Notes: generated from the sequence alone by a model not told the origin. A stretch of DNA of 64,000 nucleotides from Abditibacterium sp. (GCA_965246885.1 OZ251992.1:2816001-2880000), one strand, 5' to 3'; counted from the first letter of the stretch, positions 28,448-37,945 are shown. Made by a program: numbers and translations.

Positions 28448-28481
28448 TATAATAATCTCTGTTGGAGTTGCAGAACTCCAA
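28448..28481 (+). promoter_or_regulatory. -10 box followed by a palindromic operator-like site
   Basis: TATAAT at 28448-28453; TTGGAGTT-GCAG-AACTCCAA at 28462-28481, just upstream of the DUF1559 start. Confidence 0.5.
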
Positions 28482-28497
28482 AATACACCGAATCATC

Positions 28498-29286
28498 ATG
28501 AAAAATTCACAGCGTAGGGCTGCGTTTACCCTCATAGAATTGCTCGTCGTCATCGCTATCATCGCCATTCTTGCGGCAATTTTGTTTCCTGCTTTTGCCA
28601 GAGCCCGCGAAAACGCGCGTCGCGCCTCCTGCCAGTCCAACCTCAAGCAAATCGGCTTGGGCCTCTTGCAGTATGTGCAGGATTACGATGAGCGTTTCCC
28701 GTCGACCGACAATGGGAGCGTTACCATCAACGGCGTGACTATAGCTACGGCCGCTTGGCAAATCGTGCTACAGCCTTACGTGAAGAGCACGCAGCTTTTC
28801 GTGTGTCCATCTAACACGGCGGCGGGCGCGAGCAGCAACTCGACGGTTAGAAACACGGGCGGTTTGATCAAACGCTCTTACATGACGATCGGTGCGGGGT
28901 CATTCACCGGTAGCGGCGCGTATGGCGGCCAAACCGTTATCAACGAAGCCGGAAGCGGCGGCGGTTTGGCGCAGTCCGCAATAAATAATCCCGCCACAAC
29001 GCTCATCGTTATTGAGCAGAACTCCACCGCCAGCAATGGCGACTACCCGTTCACCTATCAGCCAAGCGAGTTAAGTAACGGCGACGTTTTGCTTACTAAC
29101 CACTTGTCGTTCTCCAACTACTTGTTCACCGATGGGCACGTTAAGTCGCTCAAGCCCATTTCCACAGGTGTTCCCATCAATATGTGGAATGCGGACAACA
29201 CGTCAACTTCGGGCGCGGGCACTCCCGGCCCCGCGACTGGCGGTCTGCTGACGGCCCTGCAATACCAGCAAACCCAATTGCAGTAG
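28498..29286 (+). CDS. Prepilin-type N-methylation / DUF1559 / H-X9-DG domain protein
   Basis: [55 protein letters not shown]....[10 protein letters not shown]. Confidence 0.92.
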   Translation: MKNSQRRAAFTLIELLVVIAIIAILAAILFPAFARARENARRASCQSNLKQIGLGLLQYVQDYDERFPSTDNGSVTINGVTIATAAWQIVLQPYVKSTQLFVCPSNTAAGASSNSTVRNTGGLIKRSYMTIGAGSFTGSGAYGGQTVINEAGSGGGLAQSAINNPATTLIVIEQNSTASNGDYPFTYQPSELSNGDVLLTNHLSFSNYLFTDGHVKSLKPISTGVPINMWNADNTSTSGAGTPGPATGGLLTALQYQQTQLQ

Positions 29287-29305
29287 GAGTTCCAAACTTC
29301 AACCG

Positions 29306-29343
29306 AACGGCCCGCAACACGTGTTGCGGGCCGTTTGCGTTTA
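29306..29343 (+). terminator. Probable terminator hairpin
   Basis: AACGGCCCGCAACAC/GTGTTGCGGGCCGTT then TGCGTTT. Confidence 0.6.
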
Positions 29344-29353
29344 ACTGCTTTCC

Positions 29354-30226
29354 ATGCTGCTTTCTCCCGCGCAATTGCAAACCCTTGACGCCCTCGCGCT
29401 GCAGGCGCGCAAGGCGTTCACCGGCTCGTCCAAGGGGGAGAAGCGTTCGACCAAGCGCGGCTCGTCGGTGGAGTTCGCGGACTTTCGCTCGTATAACGCG
29501 GGCGACGACATCCGGCGCATTGACTGGAACGCGTACGCGCGCTTCGACAAGCTCTTTTTGAAGATGTTCTTGGAAGAGGAAGACCTCGACCTCTCGCTTC
29601 TGGTGGACGCTTCGGCTTCCATGTCGTTCGGCAATCCCACCAAACTACGCGCGGCGTGTCAGGTGGCGGGCGCGTTGGGATACGTGGGACTCGCCAACTT
29701 CGACCGCGTGTCGTGCGCGACGTTCGGGGAATCCACGCGCGCGCAGTTCCCGCCCTCGCGCGGCAAGGGCGCGGCGGGGCAATTGTTCAAGTTCCTCGAA
29801 GCGCCCGAAGCGGTGGGCCGCGCCGATTTCGCCGAAGTCACGCGCCGCGTCACCCTCGCCGCCAAGCGGTCGGGCGTGTGCGTGGTTGTTTCCGACTTCC
29901 TCTTTCCCGAAGGCTTCGAGCGCGGCCTCAAAACCCTCGCCGCGCGCGGCTTTGAAACGACCGTTATCCAACTCCTCGCGCGCGAAGAACTCGAACCCAC
30001 CCTCACCGGCGACCTCAAACTGGTGGACGCCGAAACCGGCACGGTCAAAGAAATCTCCGTCACTGCGTCGCTGCTCCGCGCTTATAAAGCGAACCTCGAC
30101 GCTTACACGGCGAACCTGCGCTCCTTTTGCTTGCGCTACGGCATGAACTACGTGCTGATTGGCAACGACACGCCCATCGAAGACACCGTCGGAAAAATGC
30201 TGCGAGGCGCAGGCGTCGTCAAATAA
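29354..30226 (+). CDS. DUF58 domain (vWA-like) protein
   Basis: GSSVEFADFRSY..GDDIRRIDWNAYAR, LLVDASASM, VVVSDFL. Confidence 0.9.
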   Translation: MLLSPAQLQTLDALALQARKAFTGSSKGEKRSTKRGSSVEFADFRSYNAGDDIRRIDWNAYARFDKLFLKMFLEEEDLDLSLLVDASASMSFGNPTKLRAACQVAGALGYVGLANFDRVSCATFGESTRAQFPPSRGKGAAGQLFKFLEAPEAVGRADFAEVTRRVTLAAKRSGVCVVVSDFLFPEGFERGLKTLAARGFETTVIQLLAREELEPTLTGDLKLVDAETGTVKEISVTASLLRAYKANLDAYTANLRSFCLRYGMNYVLIGNDTPIEDTVGKMLRGAGVVK

Positions 30227-30240
30227 GTTTGAGCCACAAG

Positions 30241-30310
30241 AACCCAGAGCGTGAGCGACGGGCACGCGAGAGTGGACTTTCCCGCGTGCCCGTCGCTCAC
30301 GCTCTGGGTT
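30241..30310. repeat. 28-bp perfect inverted repeat (REP doublet-like) between convergent genes
   Basis: AACCCAGAGCGTGAGCGACGGGCACGCG / CGCGTGCCCGTCGCTCACGCTCTGGGTT. Confidence 0.85.
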
Positions 30311-30312
30311 CC

Positions 30313-30948
30313 CTACCCTTTCAAGTACCCCAACTCTACCGCTTCTTCGAGCATCGCGTCGGCCCACTCTTTCAGCCCCGGAATCGCGTCTAAGTCCGGC
30401 AACACGCGTTCCCGCACTTGGCCGATGGAAACGCCGTTTGCCCTCCACGCGCGGCCTTGGGTGGCGAAGTTGAGCAGCATCGGGCACATCCGGTCGAACG
30501 CCGCGACGAAGCGGGCTTCGGGGGTGGCTTTGGCCTCGTATTCCTCCCACAGCGCGCGAAACTCTCCGCCCTCCGTGTCGCCGAGCATGCCGAACAAGCG
30601 TGTTGCCGCCGCGCGTTCCCGTTCGAGGCGGCCCAACTGCGCGGCTTCGTCGGCATACGCGAAGGTATCCCCCGCGTCTATTTCGACTAAGTCGTGAACG
30701 AGCGCCATTTGCACGGCGCGCTCCCAATTGACTCCCGCCGCGCTCGCGGCATCGGAGAAAAGCAGCAGCGCGAGGGCCAAATGCCACGAATGTTCGGCGG
30801 AGTTCTCGTGCCGCGAGCCGTCACTCAAAAACGTCTGGCGCTCGACGCGGCGCAATTTGTCGGCTTCGAGCAAAAAGCGTAAGCGCCGCGTCAGCTTCGC
30901 ATCGGTGGGCGTCGCGGGAAAGCGCGCAGTGATGTCGTTGGGATTCAC
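30313..30948 (-). CDS. HD domain hydrolase (HD_3/YfbR-like)
   Basis: ENSAEHSWH, ALVHDLVEIDAGD, LWEEYE...TPEARF...FDR. Confidence 0.88.
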   Translation of the reverse strand: MNPNDITARFPATPTDAKLTRRLRFLLEADKLRRVERQTFLSDGSRHENSAEHSWHLALALLLFSDAASAAGVNWERAVQMALVHDLVEIDAGDTFAYADEAAQLGRLERERAAATRLFGMLGDTEGGEFRALWEEYEAKATPEARFVAAFDRMCPMLLNFATQGRAWRANGVSIGQVRERVLPDLDAIPGLKEWADAMLEEAVELGYLKG

Positions 30949-30967
30949 GGCGACAAGTCAAACGCAA

Positions 30968-30993
30968 AACGCCCCCGCGCGTGCGGGGGCGTT
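30968..30993 (-). terminator. Intrinsic terminator after the DUF1559 gene
   Basis: AACGCCCCCGC/GCGGGGGCGTT with a T-rich tail on the minus strand. Confidence 0.6.
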
Positions 30994-31005
30994 GGGGAGT
31001 AAAAA

Positions 31006-31689
31006 TTAAACTCCGGCGGGTTCGGGCAGGTTCTCGCGGTTGTGCATCCCGGCGCCATAAGTGCTGGCGCCGATGTTGGCGATGGTCGCTTCCCAATGCA
31101 GCCACTTGACGTGCCCATCGGCAAACAGGTAGTTGGAGCCGCCCAAGTGCCGGTCTTTGGCGATGTGGTTATCGAACTCGGTCGGGTCTGGCGCCGTTGC
31201 AGCCCCCACGAGCCAAGGGTGGTAATCAATGTCTGTCGCTCCGTTGGCGCGCTCCGACGCGATGATTTGTTCTGCCGTGTTCGACAAGCTGGACTGCGCC
31301 AACCCGTGCGCGATGAAGCCGTTGGCGACATAATCGCTGGGCGTGACGGCGCGGTTGGGCGCGTCGGTCACGGACGGGCAAACGAACAACTGCGTGGACT
31401 TGATGTAGGGCTGCAAGGGCTGGAACCAGTAGTAGCTGGGAATCGGGTCGCCTCCACCAGCGTTCTCGTGTTGCTGCATGTAATGCTCATCATAATCCTG
31501 CAAGTACTGCATGACGCCCAAACCCATTTGTTTAAGGTTGGATTGGCACGACGCGCGCCGCGCATTTTCCCTCGCGCGAGCGAAGGCGGGGAACAGAATC
31601 GCCGCAAGAATGGCGATGATGGCGATGACGACGAGAAGCTCTATGAGCGTAAACGCACGTTTCACCGAAATGGTTTTGTTCTGATTCAT
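31006..31689 (-). CDS. Prepilin-type N-methylation / DUF1559 / H-X9-DG domain protein
   Basis: [14 protein letters not shown]..., [24 protein letters not shown] before MNQNK. Confidence 0.92.
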   Translation of the reverse strand: MNQNKTISVKRAFTLIELLVVIAIIAILAAILFPAFARARENARRASCQSNLKQMGLGVMQYLQDYDEHYMQQHENAGGGDPIPSYYWFQPLQPYIKSTQLFVCPSVTDAPNRAVTPSDYVANGFIAHGLAQSSLSNTAEQIIASERANGATDIDYHPWLVGAATAPDPTEFDNHIAKDRHLGGSNYLFADGHVKWLHWEATIANIGASTYGAGMHNRENLPEPAGV

Positions 31690-31905
31690 GGATAATTCTC
31701 CGTCCCTCTGGGGACAAAGAAAGGATGCCACCTCCTTGCGCTTCTGCATAGAGAGCGTACGCAAAGAATTGAGACCGTTTTCTCAGTTAGCTCCCAGAAT
31801 CGTGGCGCCCGCGCGCCTTTTCTCTTTGCTCATCGCTTTTCAAGCAACGCCTTTGCCAATGTTTTTGGTTTGGATTGACCGTTGGTTTCCTCATTCGTAG
31901 GTAGT

Positions 31906-32035
31906 CGTTGTGTCCGGCAGGACACTTGGGCGCTTGCGCCCGGATGCCGGGGATTGGATATCCCCGATTCCGGGGCAGTTCGGGGATATCCAATCCCCGG
32001 CATCCGGCTTCGCGAAGCGTCTTACCGGGCGCGCG
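31906..32035. repeat. Palindromic MITE/REPIN-like element, family CCGGATGCCGGGGAT (copy 1)
   Basis: CCGGATGCCGGGGATTGGATATCCCCGA ... TCGGGGATATCCAATCCCCGGCATCCGG. Confidence 0.88.
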
Positions 32036-32098
32036 ACTTGCGCCTTGGAAAATCAAGGGTCAATACAGAGGCCAAAGGCGGGCTAAACTTCGTTCACC

Positions 32099-32707
32099 AT
32101 GACGGCACCACAAGAAGGTTTGGAGTGGGTTTCGCCCGCCGAGTATTTGGAGCGCGAGCGCCGCGCGGAACGGAAAAGCGAATACATCAACGGCACGATT
32201 TACGCGATGGCGGGCGTCAATCGCTGGCATGTTACCATTTCGGGAAACGTTGCGGTCAGTTTTGGCAACCAACTCCTTGACAAAAGCTGCGAGCCGTTCG
32301 CCCATAACTTGCGCGTGAAGGTGCCGCGCACGACGCTTTACACCTACCCCGACGTGCTGGTCGCGTGTCCACCGATGGAATGGGAAGACGACGAGTTCGA
32401 CACGCTCCTCAACCCGACCGTCATCGTCGAAGTGTTGTCGCCTTCGACAAAACGCTACGACCGGGGCGACAAATGGGCGCACTATCAACGCTTGAACTCG
32501 CTCTGCGATTACATCTTGGTCTCCCAAGACGAATGTCGCGTCGAACATTACACCCGTTTGCCGGACAATCGCTGGGAATTGGCGGCCTATGAAGACTTGG
32601 CGGACGCCTTTCCCATCGAAAGCATCGGCTGCACCCTCGCGTTGCGCGACGTGTACGACCGCATCACCTTCGCTCCCCCTGCCGATAGTGACGGCGGCGC
32701 CGTTTAG
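32099..32707 (+). CDS. Uma2 family (PD-(D/E)XK-like) putative endonuclease
   Basis: EYL..ER....KSEYINGTIYAMAG, YTYPDVLVAC, NPTVIVEVLSPST..YDRGDK, YILVSQD. Confidence 0.92.
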   Translation: MTAPQEGLEWVSPAEYLERERRAERKSEYINGTIYAMAGVNRWHVTISGNVAVSFGNQLLDKSCEPFAHNLRVKVPRTTLYTYPDVLVACPPMEWEDDEFDTLLNPTVIVEVLSPSTKRYDRGDKWAHYQRLNSLCDYILVSQDECRVEHYTRLPDNRWELAAYEDLADAFPIESIGCTLALRDVYDRITFAPPADSDGGAV

Positions 32708-32899
32708 CACGCCCCTCGCGCTTCTTAGAAAGGATGCGCAAGGCCTTAGCGAACCTTTTGCGCTCCAAGTCGCGCCCGTATTGCCGTTTCTTTTAACAGC
32801 CAACAAACGCGGAGAAACGCCGATGTTTTTTGGCTTCCCATCGGCGCCTATTGGCACTCCTCGGCGGGCAGAAATCACAGCGGTGGAGACACTCGGCGC

Positions 32900-33151
32900 G
32901 CCCCTCGCCTCTCTTAGCACGTCGGCGGCCCTCTTTAGCGCGCCTTTCGCCCCTTGTAGCTTGCCTCTCGCCCTTTGTAGCGTGCCTCTCGCCCTTTGTA
33001 GCGTGCCTCTCGCCCTTTGTAGCGTGCCTCTCGCCCTTTGTAGCATGCCTCTCGCGTAATTTAGCTTGCCCCTCGCGTGTTGTTTCTTGCCCCTCGCTAT
33101 GTTTAGCTTGACGGTGGAGGTTTGTAGCTTGCCTCTCGCGGTATTGATCGA
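32900..33151. repeat. 21-nt-period tandem array D (about 12 units)
   Basis: GCCTCTCGCCCTTTGTAGCGT exact x3 (32963-33025) with degenerate units on both sides; minus strand reads LQRARGT heptads. Confidence 0.92.
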
Positions 33152-33454
33152 AGAAACAAAGGGCGAGAGGCAAGATTAGCAGAGCGACATACCAGAAATT
33201 CACCGCCGCATGCGACCTTTTCACCCCCACAAGCGCCCTTTTTGCTCTCAGTTACGGAAATAGAATTGATTGCGGCAGCAGGCAACTGTTATTAGTCGCT
33301 CCCAACGCCTTGACCACGCATCGGAGAAGGTTAACGGTCTCGCTGAAAGTGACGCCCGTCGCGCGAACGATGGGCGCGGGCGGGTTTCTTTTATCCGCCG
33401 TCGCTCCCAATTGGCCCGCGCCCGCCAAACAGCGAAAGTCAGCACCTCCCAACA

Positions 33455-33611
33455 CCCCCAAAGGGGCCGTTCCTACGACCGCATCCAAATCGTCCCCATC
33501 CGCGAACTCCTTTACGAAGACAAACGCCTCGACATCCCGATGAGCTTGGAAGTTTTAAAACGCGCCCAACTCGCGGAAAAGAAGGAGCAGTTGGGGATGT
33601 TTGAGGAGTGA
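33455..33611 (+). pseudogene. Orphan 3' end resembling the C-terminus of a DNA methylase/restriction-endonuclease fusion
   Basis: GRSYDRIQIVPIRELLYEDKRLDIPMSLEVLKRAQ...QLGMFEE*; no credible upstream body; assignment from recall of the family tail. Confidence 0.45.
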
Positions 33612-33620
33612 CGGGGAAAG

Positions 33621-33806
33621 AACCTCACCCCCGGCCCCTCTCCTTGCAGGAGAGGGGAGAAGTGGTTGCGGGTTGGCGGAATAGAGCGCGTCTCGCGTGT
33701 GTGGCTCCCCTCTCCAGCAGGAGAGGGGCTGGGGGTGAGGTCTTACTCAGCAATTTCCACCCCCAATCTCCCCTCTCCTGCAAGGAGAGGGGCCGGGGGT
33801 GAGGTT
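33621..33806. repeat. Cluster of three CCCCTCTCC-N-GGAGAGGGG palindromic REP-like units; outer pair forms a perfect 40-bp inverted repeat
   Basis: 33621-33660 is the reverse complement of 33767-33806; a third copy lies at 33705-33741. Confidence 0.9.
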
Positions 33807-33881
33807 CAACACGCCCCCATCAAACTGAATCATCACAGTGGCAATCCAAGTGCATCAGGCGGGTAGGAGAACATTTCTATC

Positions 33882-35027
33882 ATGCCGATTACCACATCAC
33901 CGAACTCGTATCTGCCGACGATGCAGAAGTTTGATCAGCACTGGGCGCAAGTGAACGCCCATTCTTCCGTGTCTTATGCCGTTGAAGGCGAGGGCGAAGG
34001 TTCTAAGGGCGCGGCGCCGCCCATGCCGTTCGTGTTGCCCAACGGGTATACGCAAGCGCAACTGGGCAACGACCGGCAAGCGTTGACGACGGCCATCGCC
34101 ATTGCGACGCAAAACGCGACGGCGGCGGGTAACGCGAGCCAAACCTATCAGAACGCGCGAACCGTTGTGCGCGGGCGTTTGCAGATGTTGCGCGACGCCG
34201 TGTTGTATTTGATCCCCACGTCGTCTTATGCCAAGACGTTTCCGACGATGCCCACCAACAGCAAGGATGACAACGCGCTTTTCAAGGCGCTCAACGCGAG
34301 CATTTATCTGTGGAACGCCATCTCCGACAATGCCACGTTGCCCGCTCCGGCGAGGAACCTCGTGTTGCGCGACGGCACGACGCGCGCTCAATACGCGCAG
34401 TCCATCATTGACCTGCGCCAGTTGCAAACCGCGAGTGTGAGCGCGACCAAAACCGCCAACGTCGCCATCGCTCAGCGCGACTCGTTGCTGCCCGCGATTC
34501 GCGCGAACTTGGTCTCGTATCGGCAAGGCATCCCCTCGACGCTTGGCCCCACCAACCCGCTCACGAAGTCGCTGCCTGCGCTGTATGCCAAAAAGGGCGC
34601 GACGCCGCCGCCGGTTGCCGTGACCGTTAGCTACGACGCCATCACCAAAGCGACGACCGTGACATGGACGGCTTCAACAGACCCGAACTTGGCGCGCTAC
34701 AAGGTGCGGATTTGCACCGGCGCGAAGTGGAAAGAAGCCAATGTGCGCGCAACCGTGAGCGTCGCTTCGAGCGTTTTGACGTGGAACACGACCGATTTGC
34801 AAGCGGGCCAAACCTATTGCGCCAAGGTTTACGTCGTCCTGCAAAACGGCCAACAACGCGGCTCAACCGCCATGCCCATCACGATTCCCACGCCCAAAGG
34901 TGCGGGCGCAGTGGCGTTGAGCGAGTTGCTTTCCTATACCAACGGCCACTCCGACGAACACACGAGCGAGTTGGTCGGGGTGAACGGAAGCGCGAACGGG
35001 AACGGACGGAAAAACGGGCGTTTGTAG
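33882..35027 (+). CDS. Hypothetical protein: two internal helical repeats plus a C-terminal fibronectin type III-like domain
   Basis: AGGAG SD; VTWTASTDPNLARYKVR...LQAGQTYCAKVYVV (Fn3-like); no signal peptide. Confidence 0.75.
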   Translation: MPITTSPNSYLPTMQKFDQHWAQVNAHSSVSYAVEGEGEGSKGAAPPMPFVLPNGYTQAQLGNDRQALTTAIAIATQNATAAGNASQTYQNARTVVRGRLQMLRDAVLYLIPTSSYAKTFPTMPTNSKDDNALFKALNASIYLWNAISDNATLPAPARNLVLRDGTTRAQYAQSIIDLRQLQTASVSATKTANVAIAQRDSLLPAIRANLVSYRQGIPSTLGPTNPLTKSLPALYAKKGATPPPVAVTVSYDAITKATTVTWTASTDPNLARYKVRICTGAKWKEANVRATVSVASSVLTWNTTDLQAGQTYCAKVYVVLQNGQQRGSTAMPITIPTPKGAGAVALSELLSYTNGHSDEHTSELVGVNGSANGNGRKNGRL

Positions 35028-35154
35028 CGCGTCCAGAGGACGCTTGGGCGCTTGCGCCCGGATGCCGGGGATTTTATATCCCCGATTAGACACACAATCG
35101 GGGATATAAAATCCCCGGCATCCGGCTTCGCCAAGTGTCCTGCCGGACACAACG
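35028..35154. repeat. Palindromic MITE/REPIN-like element, family CCGGATGCCGGGGAT (copy 2)
   Basis: CCGGATGCCGGGGATTTTATATCCCCGATT ... AATCGGGGATATAAAATCCCCGGCATCCGG; same orientation as copy 1. Confidence 0.88.
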
Positions 35155-35188
35155 CAAGGTTGAATCCAATTTGGTGCTTGACGGGACA

Positions 35189-35268
35189 TCACCCCATATG
35201 CGCGATGATGTTGTCGCCGAACTCCGAGCACTTGATTTCAGTCGCGCCGTCCATTTGGTGGGCGAAGT
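35189..35268 (-). pseudogene. Diverged duplicate of the icd 3' end (icd')
   Basis: Encodes [25 protein letters not shown] versus icd [25 protein letters not shown] (35945-36024). Confidence 0.9.
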
Positions 35269-35303
35269 TACGCTTAATTGGTGTTTCCTATCGTTTGAAC
35301 CTT

Positions 35304-35888
35304 TCAACCGTTAGGCATTGCGAAATCACGGGGTTGCGGCTTCTCCGCGTAGTATTTCCCCTTGAAGCGATGGTAAGTCATGCCATCCGGCCCTATTACC
35401 ACGAACTCACCTCTCGACGAAATGGATTGGTGTTCGGGATCGGAACGTTGTGCTTCTACGACAACTGAGTCCACAATTCTTCGCGGATTTCTGGTATCCC
35501 AAGGCGTAGCCCCCGAATCTACGTATTCACTGTCTTCTTCGGACGCAGCACTCAGGCGCCCCGCGCTGTCGGCTGCTCTAATCACATAAAAATACTCGCG
35601 CTGTTCTTGTAGCCCCTTGTCCACCCACAGCTTCATCGGGCTACATGGAAAACTGTCGGCGACAAAGCGCAGTTTGGCCAGGGGACGGGCCATGTCCTGC
35701 CTCTTTGAGCGGGAACTGCGGTAAATCCAGTAGCCTTTAGCGCCCGGAACAGTGTCCCAATAGAGCGCGAGCTTTCCTTTGCCGCACGCATGAACCTGCA
35801 ATCCTCCTGGCACTGCGATTTTTGGCAATGCAAAGGCCGCACTACATGAAGCGACGAGGCAACCGAGCAACAATGTGATGTGTTTCAT
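35304..35888 (-). CDS. Secreted Fn3-like domain protein, lower GC
   Basis: Signal peptide; LYWDTVPGAKGYWIYRS...DKGL....EYFYVIRA; AGGAGG SD. Confidence 0.72.
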   Translation of the reverse strand: MKHITLLLGCLVASCSAAFALPKIAVPGGLQVHACGKGKLALYWDTVPGAKGYWIYRSSRSKRQDMARPLAKLRFVADSFPCSPMKLWVDKGLQEQREYFYVIRAADSAGRLSAASEEDSEYVDSGATPWDTRNPRRIVDSVVVEAQRSDPEHQSISSRGEFVVIGPDGMTYHRFKGKYYAEKPQPRDFAMPNG

Positions 35889-35944
35889 GTGACCCTCCTG
35901 AAGATAAAGTTGGCTAAAGAGCGGCTGTCCGCACTTTCCGGCCC

Positions 35945-37237
35945 TTAACGCATATGCGCGATGATGTTATCCCCGAACGCCGAACACTTGATTTCAGTCG
36001 CGCCGTCCATGAGGCGGGCGAAGTCGTAGGTGACGCGCTTGCTTGCGATGGCGCCGTCTATGCCTTGGATGATGAGGTCGGCGGCTTCGTTCCAGCCGAG
36101 GTAGCGCAGCATCATTTCGCCGCTCAGCACGACGGAGCCGGGGTTAACTTTGTCCAAACCGGCGTATTTGGGGGCGGTGCCGTGCGTGGCCTCGAAGATG
36201 GCGTGGCCGGTGATGTAATTGATATTGCCGCCGGGAGCGATGCCGATGCCGCCGACTTGGGCAGCGAGGGCGTCGGACAGGTAATCGCCGTTGAGGTTCA
36301 GGGTCGCAATCACGTCGAAATCTTCGGGGCGCGTCAGCACTTGTTGCAAAGTGATGTCGGCGATGGCGTCTTTGATGACGAGGCCCGCGCCGGGCTTGCC
36401 GTCGGGGATTTTGCACCAAGGCCCGCCGTCAATTTCGACCGCGCCGAAGGCGTCTTTAGCGAGTTCGTAGCCCCAGTCGCGGAAAGCGCCCTCGGTAAAC
36501 TTCATGATGTTGCCCTTGTGGACGAGGGTGACCGACTTTTCTTTGTGCTTGATGGCGTATTCGATGGCGGCGTAGACCAAACGCTGCGTACCAATCTTGG
36601 AAACGGGCTTGATGCCAATGCCGACTTGCACGGTCTCGCCACCCGCGCCGGAAGGCATGGAAGCGGCGGCGAAATCGCGGGTTTTTTGCTCGGTTCCAAA
36701 GCGCACTTTGGCGAAGTCTTTCGGGTAAGACTCTTCCAGAAAGCGGAGAATGGCGTTGGCGGCGGCGCTTCCGGCCTCGAAGTCAATGCCCGCGTAGATG
36801 TCCTCGGTGTTCTCGCGGAAGATGGTCATGTCCACCTTTTCCGGGTGCTTGATGGGCGAGGGCGTGCCCGCAAAGTAGCGCACGGGGCGCAGGCAAACGT
36901 AGAGGTCGAGCATTTGGCGTAGCGCGACGTTGAGCGAACGGATGCCGCCGCCAACGGGCGTGGTGAGCGGGCCTTTGATGCCAACCAAATACTCGTTGAA
37001 CGCCGCGACGGTCTCATCGGGAAGCCAGTTGCCGGTCTTGTCGTAGGCGGTTTGGCCCGCCAGAACTTCGTGCCACTCGATGCGGCGCTCGCCGCCGTAG
37101 GCTTTGTCAACCGCCGCGTCAAAAACGCGCACCGACGCCGCCCAAATGTCGGGGCCAGTGCCGTCGCCGGACACAAAGGGGATGGTGGGGTTATTGGGAA
37201 CTTGCAGAAGTCCGTCGTGAATAGAGATTTTCGCCAT
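35945..37237 (-). CDS. icd: NADP-dependent isocitrate dehydrogenase
   Basis: [55 protein letters not shown]. Confidence 0.96.
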   Translation of the reverse strand: MAKISIHDGLLQVPNNPTIPFVSGDGTGPDIWAASVRVFDAAVDKAYGGERRIEWHEVLAGQTAYDKTGNWLPDETVAAFNEYLVGIKGPLTTPVGGGIRSLNVALRQMLDLYVCLRPVRYFAGTPSPIKHPEKVDMTIFRENTEDIYAGIDFEAGSAAANAILRFLEESYPKDFAKVRFGTEQKTRDFAAASMPSGAGGETVQVGIGIKPVSKIGTQRLVYAAIEYAIKHKEKSVTLVHKGNIMKFTEGAFRDWGYELAKDAFGAVEIDGGPWCKIPDGKPGAGLVIKDAIADITLQQVLTRPEDFDVIATLNLNGDYLSDALAAQVGGIGIAPGGNINYITGHAIFEATHGTAPKYAGLDKVNPGSVVLSGEMMLRYLGWNEAADLIIQGIDGAIASKRVTYDFARLMDGATEIKCSAFGDNIIAHMR

Positions 37238-37293
37238 GATATGGGTTTAACAGGTGGAAAAGGTGGGTGTAAGTTTGACAACTGGCTCGACAT

Positions 37294-37872
37294 TTAGTTC
37301 GCAGCCGAAGCGGGCGATGAAAAATACACGCGGACACGGTTCGTTGGACGGTCAACCATCATCACATAATCGCCAGTGTTGTGCATTCTGCTTTTCAGGG
37401 AATAGAATTTTGTTGAAGGCGAAGCTGAGGTATCAAACCAAGACGGTAAAAATTTCCAGTTTTGAGGGGCCGCGCCAAAAGGCACCCAGCCCGTCCCCGT
37501 CAGCTTGGTTACAACTTGAGGCGGGGCATTGAATTGAAGATAAATTGGCGACAGTTCATCGTCGTTTTTATATCCGCAAAGGTTGGAGACGTTGACGGGC
37601 GGCATTCCGAACACTTCGCGGTAAAGGACATCGGGCGAAGCCTCGGCTTTCCAGTCGCCGTAAACGATGCCACCTACCATAAGTGCGCCGATCAGCATCA
37701 CGGGCGACAGCGCAACCAAGGCCAATCCATTCTTTCCACGCCCCGACGCATTTGCCGCGCCCACCACTGAGGCGAGGCAAATTAACCCCGCGAATCCCAT
37801 AAAAAGCAGTCCCGCCAGAAGAAACACGGGGCGAGTATTACCGACTTCTGAGCACAAAAAAGAGAAAGGCAA
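37294..37872 (-). CDS. Hypothetical membrane-anchored protein, lower GC
   Basis: Two TM segments followed by a soluble domain; start uncertain. Confidence 0.55.
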   Translation of the reverse strand: MPFSFLCSEVGNTRPVFLLAGLLFMGFAGLICLASVVGAANASGRGKNGLALVALSPVMLIGALMVGGIVYGDWKAEASPDVLYREVFGMPPVNVSNLCGYKNDDELSPIYLQFNAPPQVVTKLTGTGWVPFGAAPQNWKFLPSWFDTSASPSTKFYSLKSRMHNTGDYVMMVDRPTNRVRVYFSSPASAAN

Positions 37873-37945
37873 GTAGGAGATGGCGCCCTTCCTGTATGGG
37901 AAAGCGGCGCACGCAACTCGCTTTCAGGCCATTCTCAACGGGAAC

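Noticed and set aside
28498..31689. Two DUF1559 paralogs as a diversity-generating retroelement template/variable pair
   Set aside because: Similarity is confined to the conserved N-terminal family motif; no adenine-specific differences and no reverse transcriptase in the window.
32963..33046. Exact tandem repeats (also 20180-20242 and 7668-7772) as CRISPR arrays
   Set aside because: Units are contiguous with no unique spacers, and there are no cas genes.
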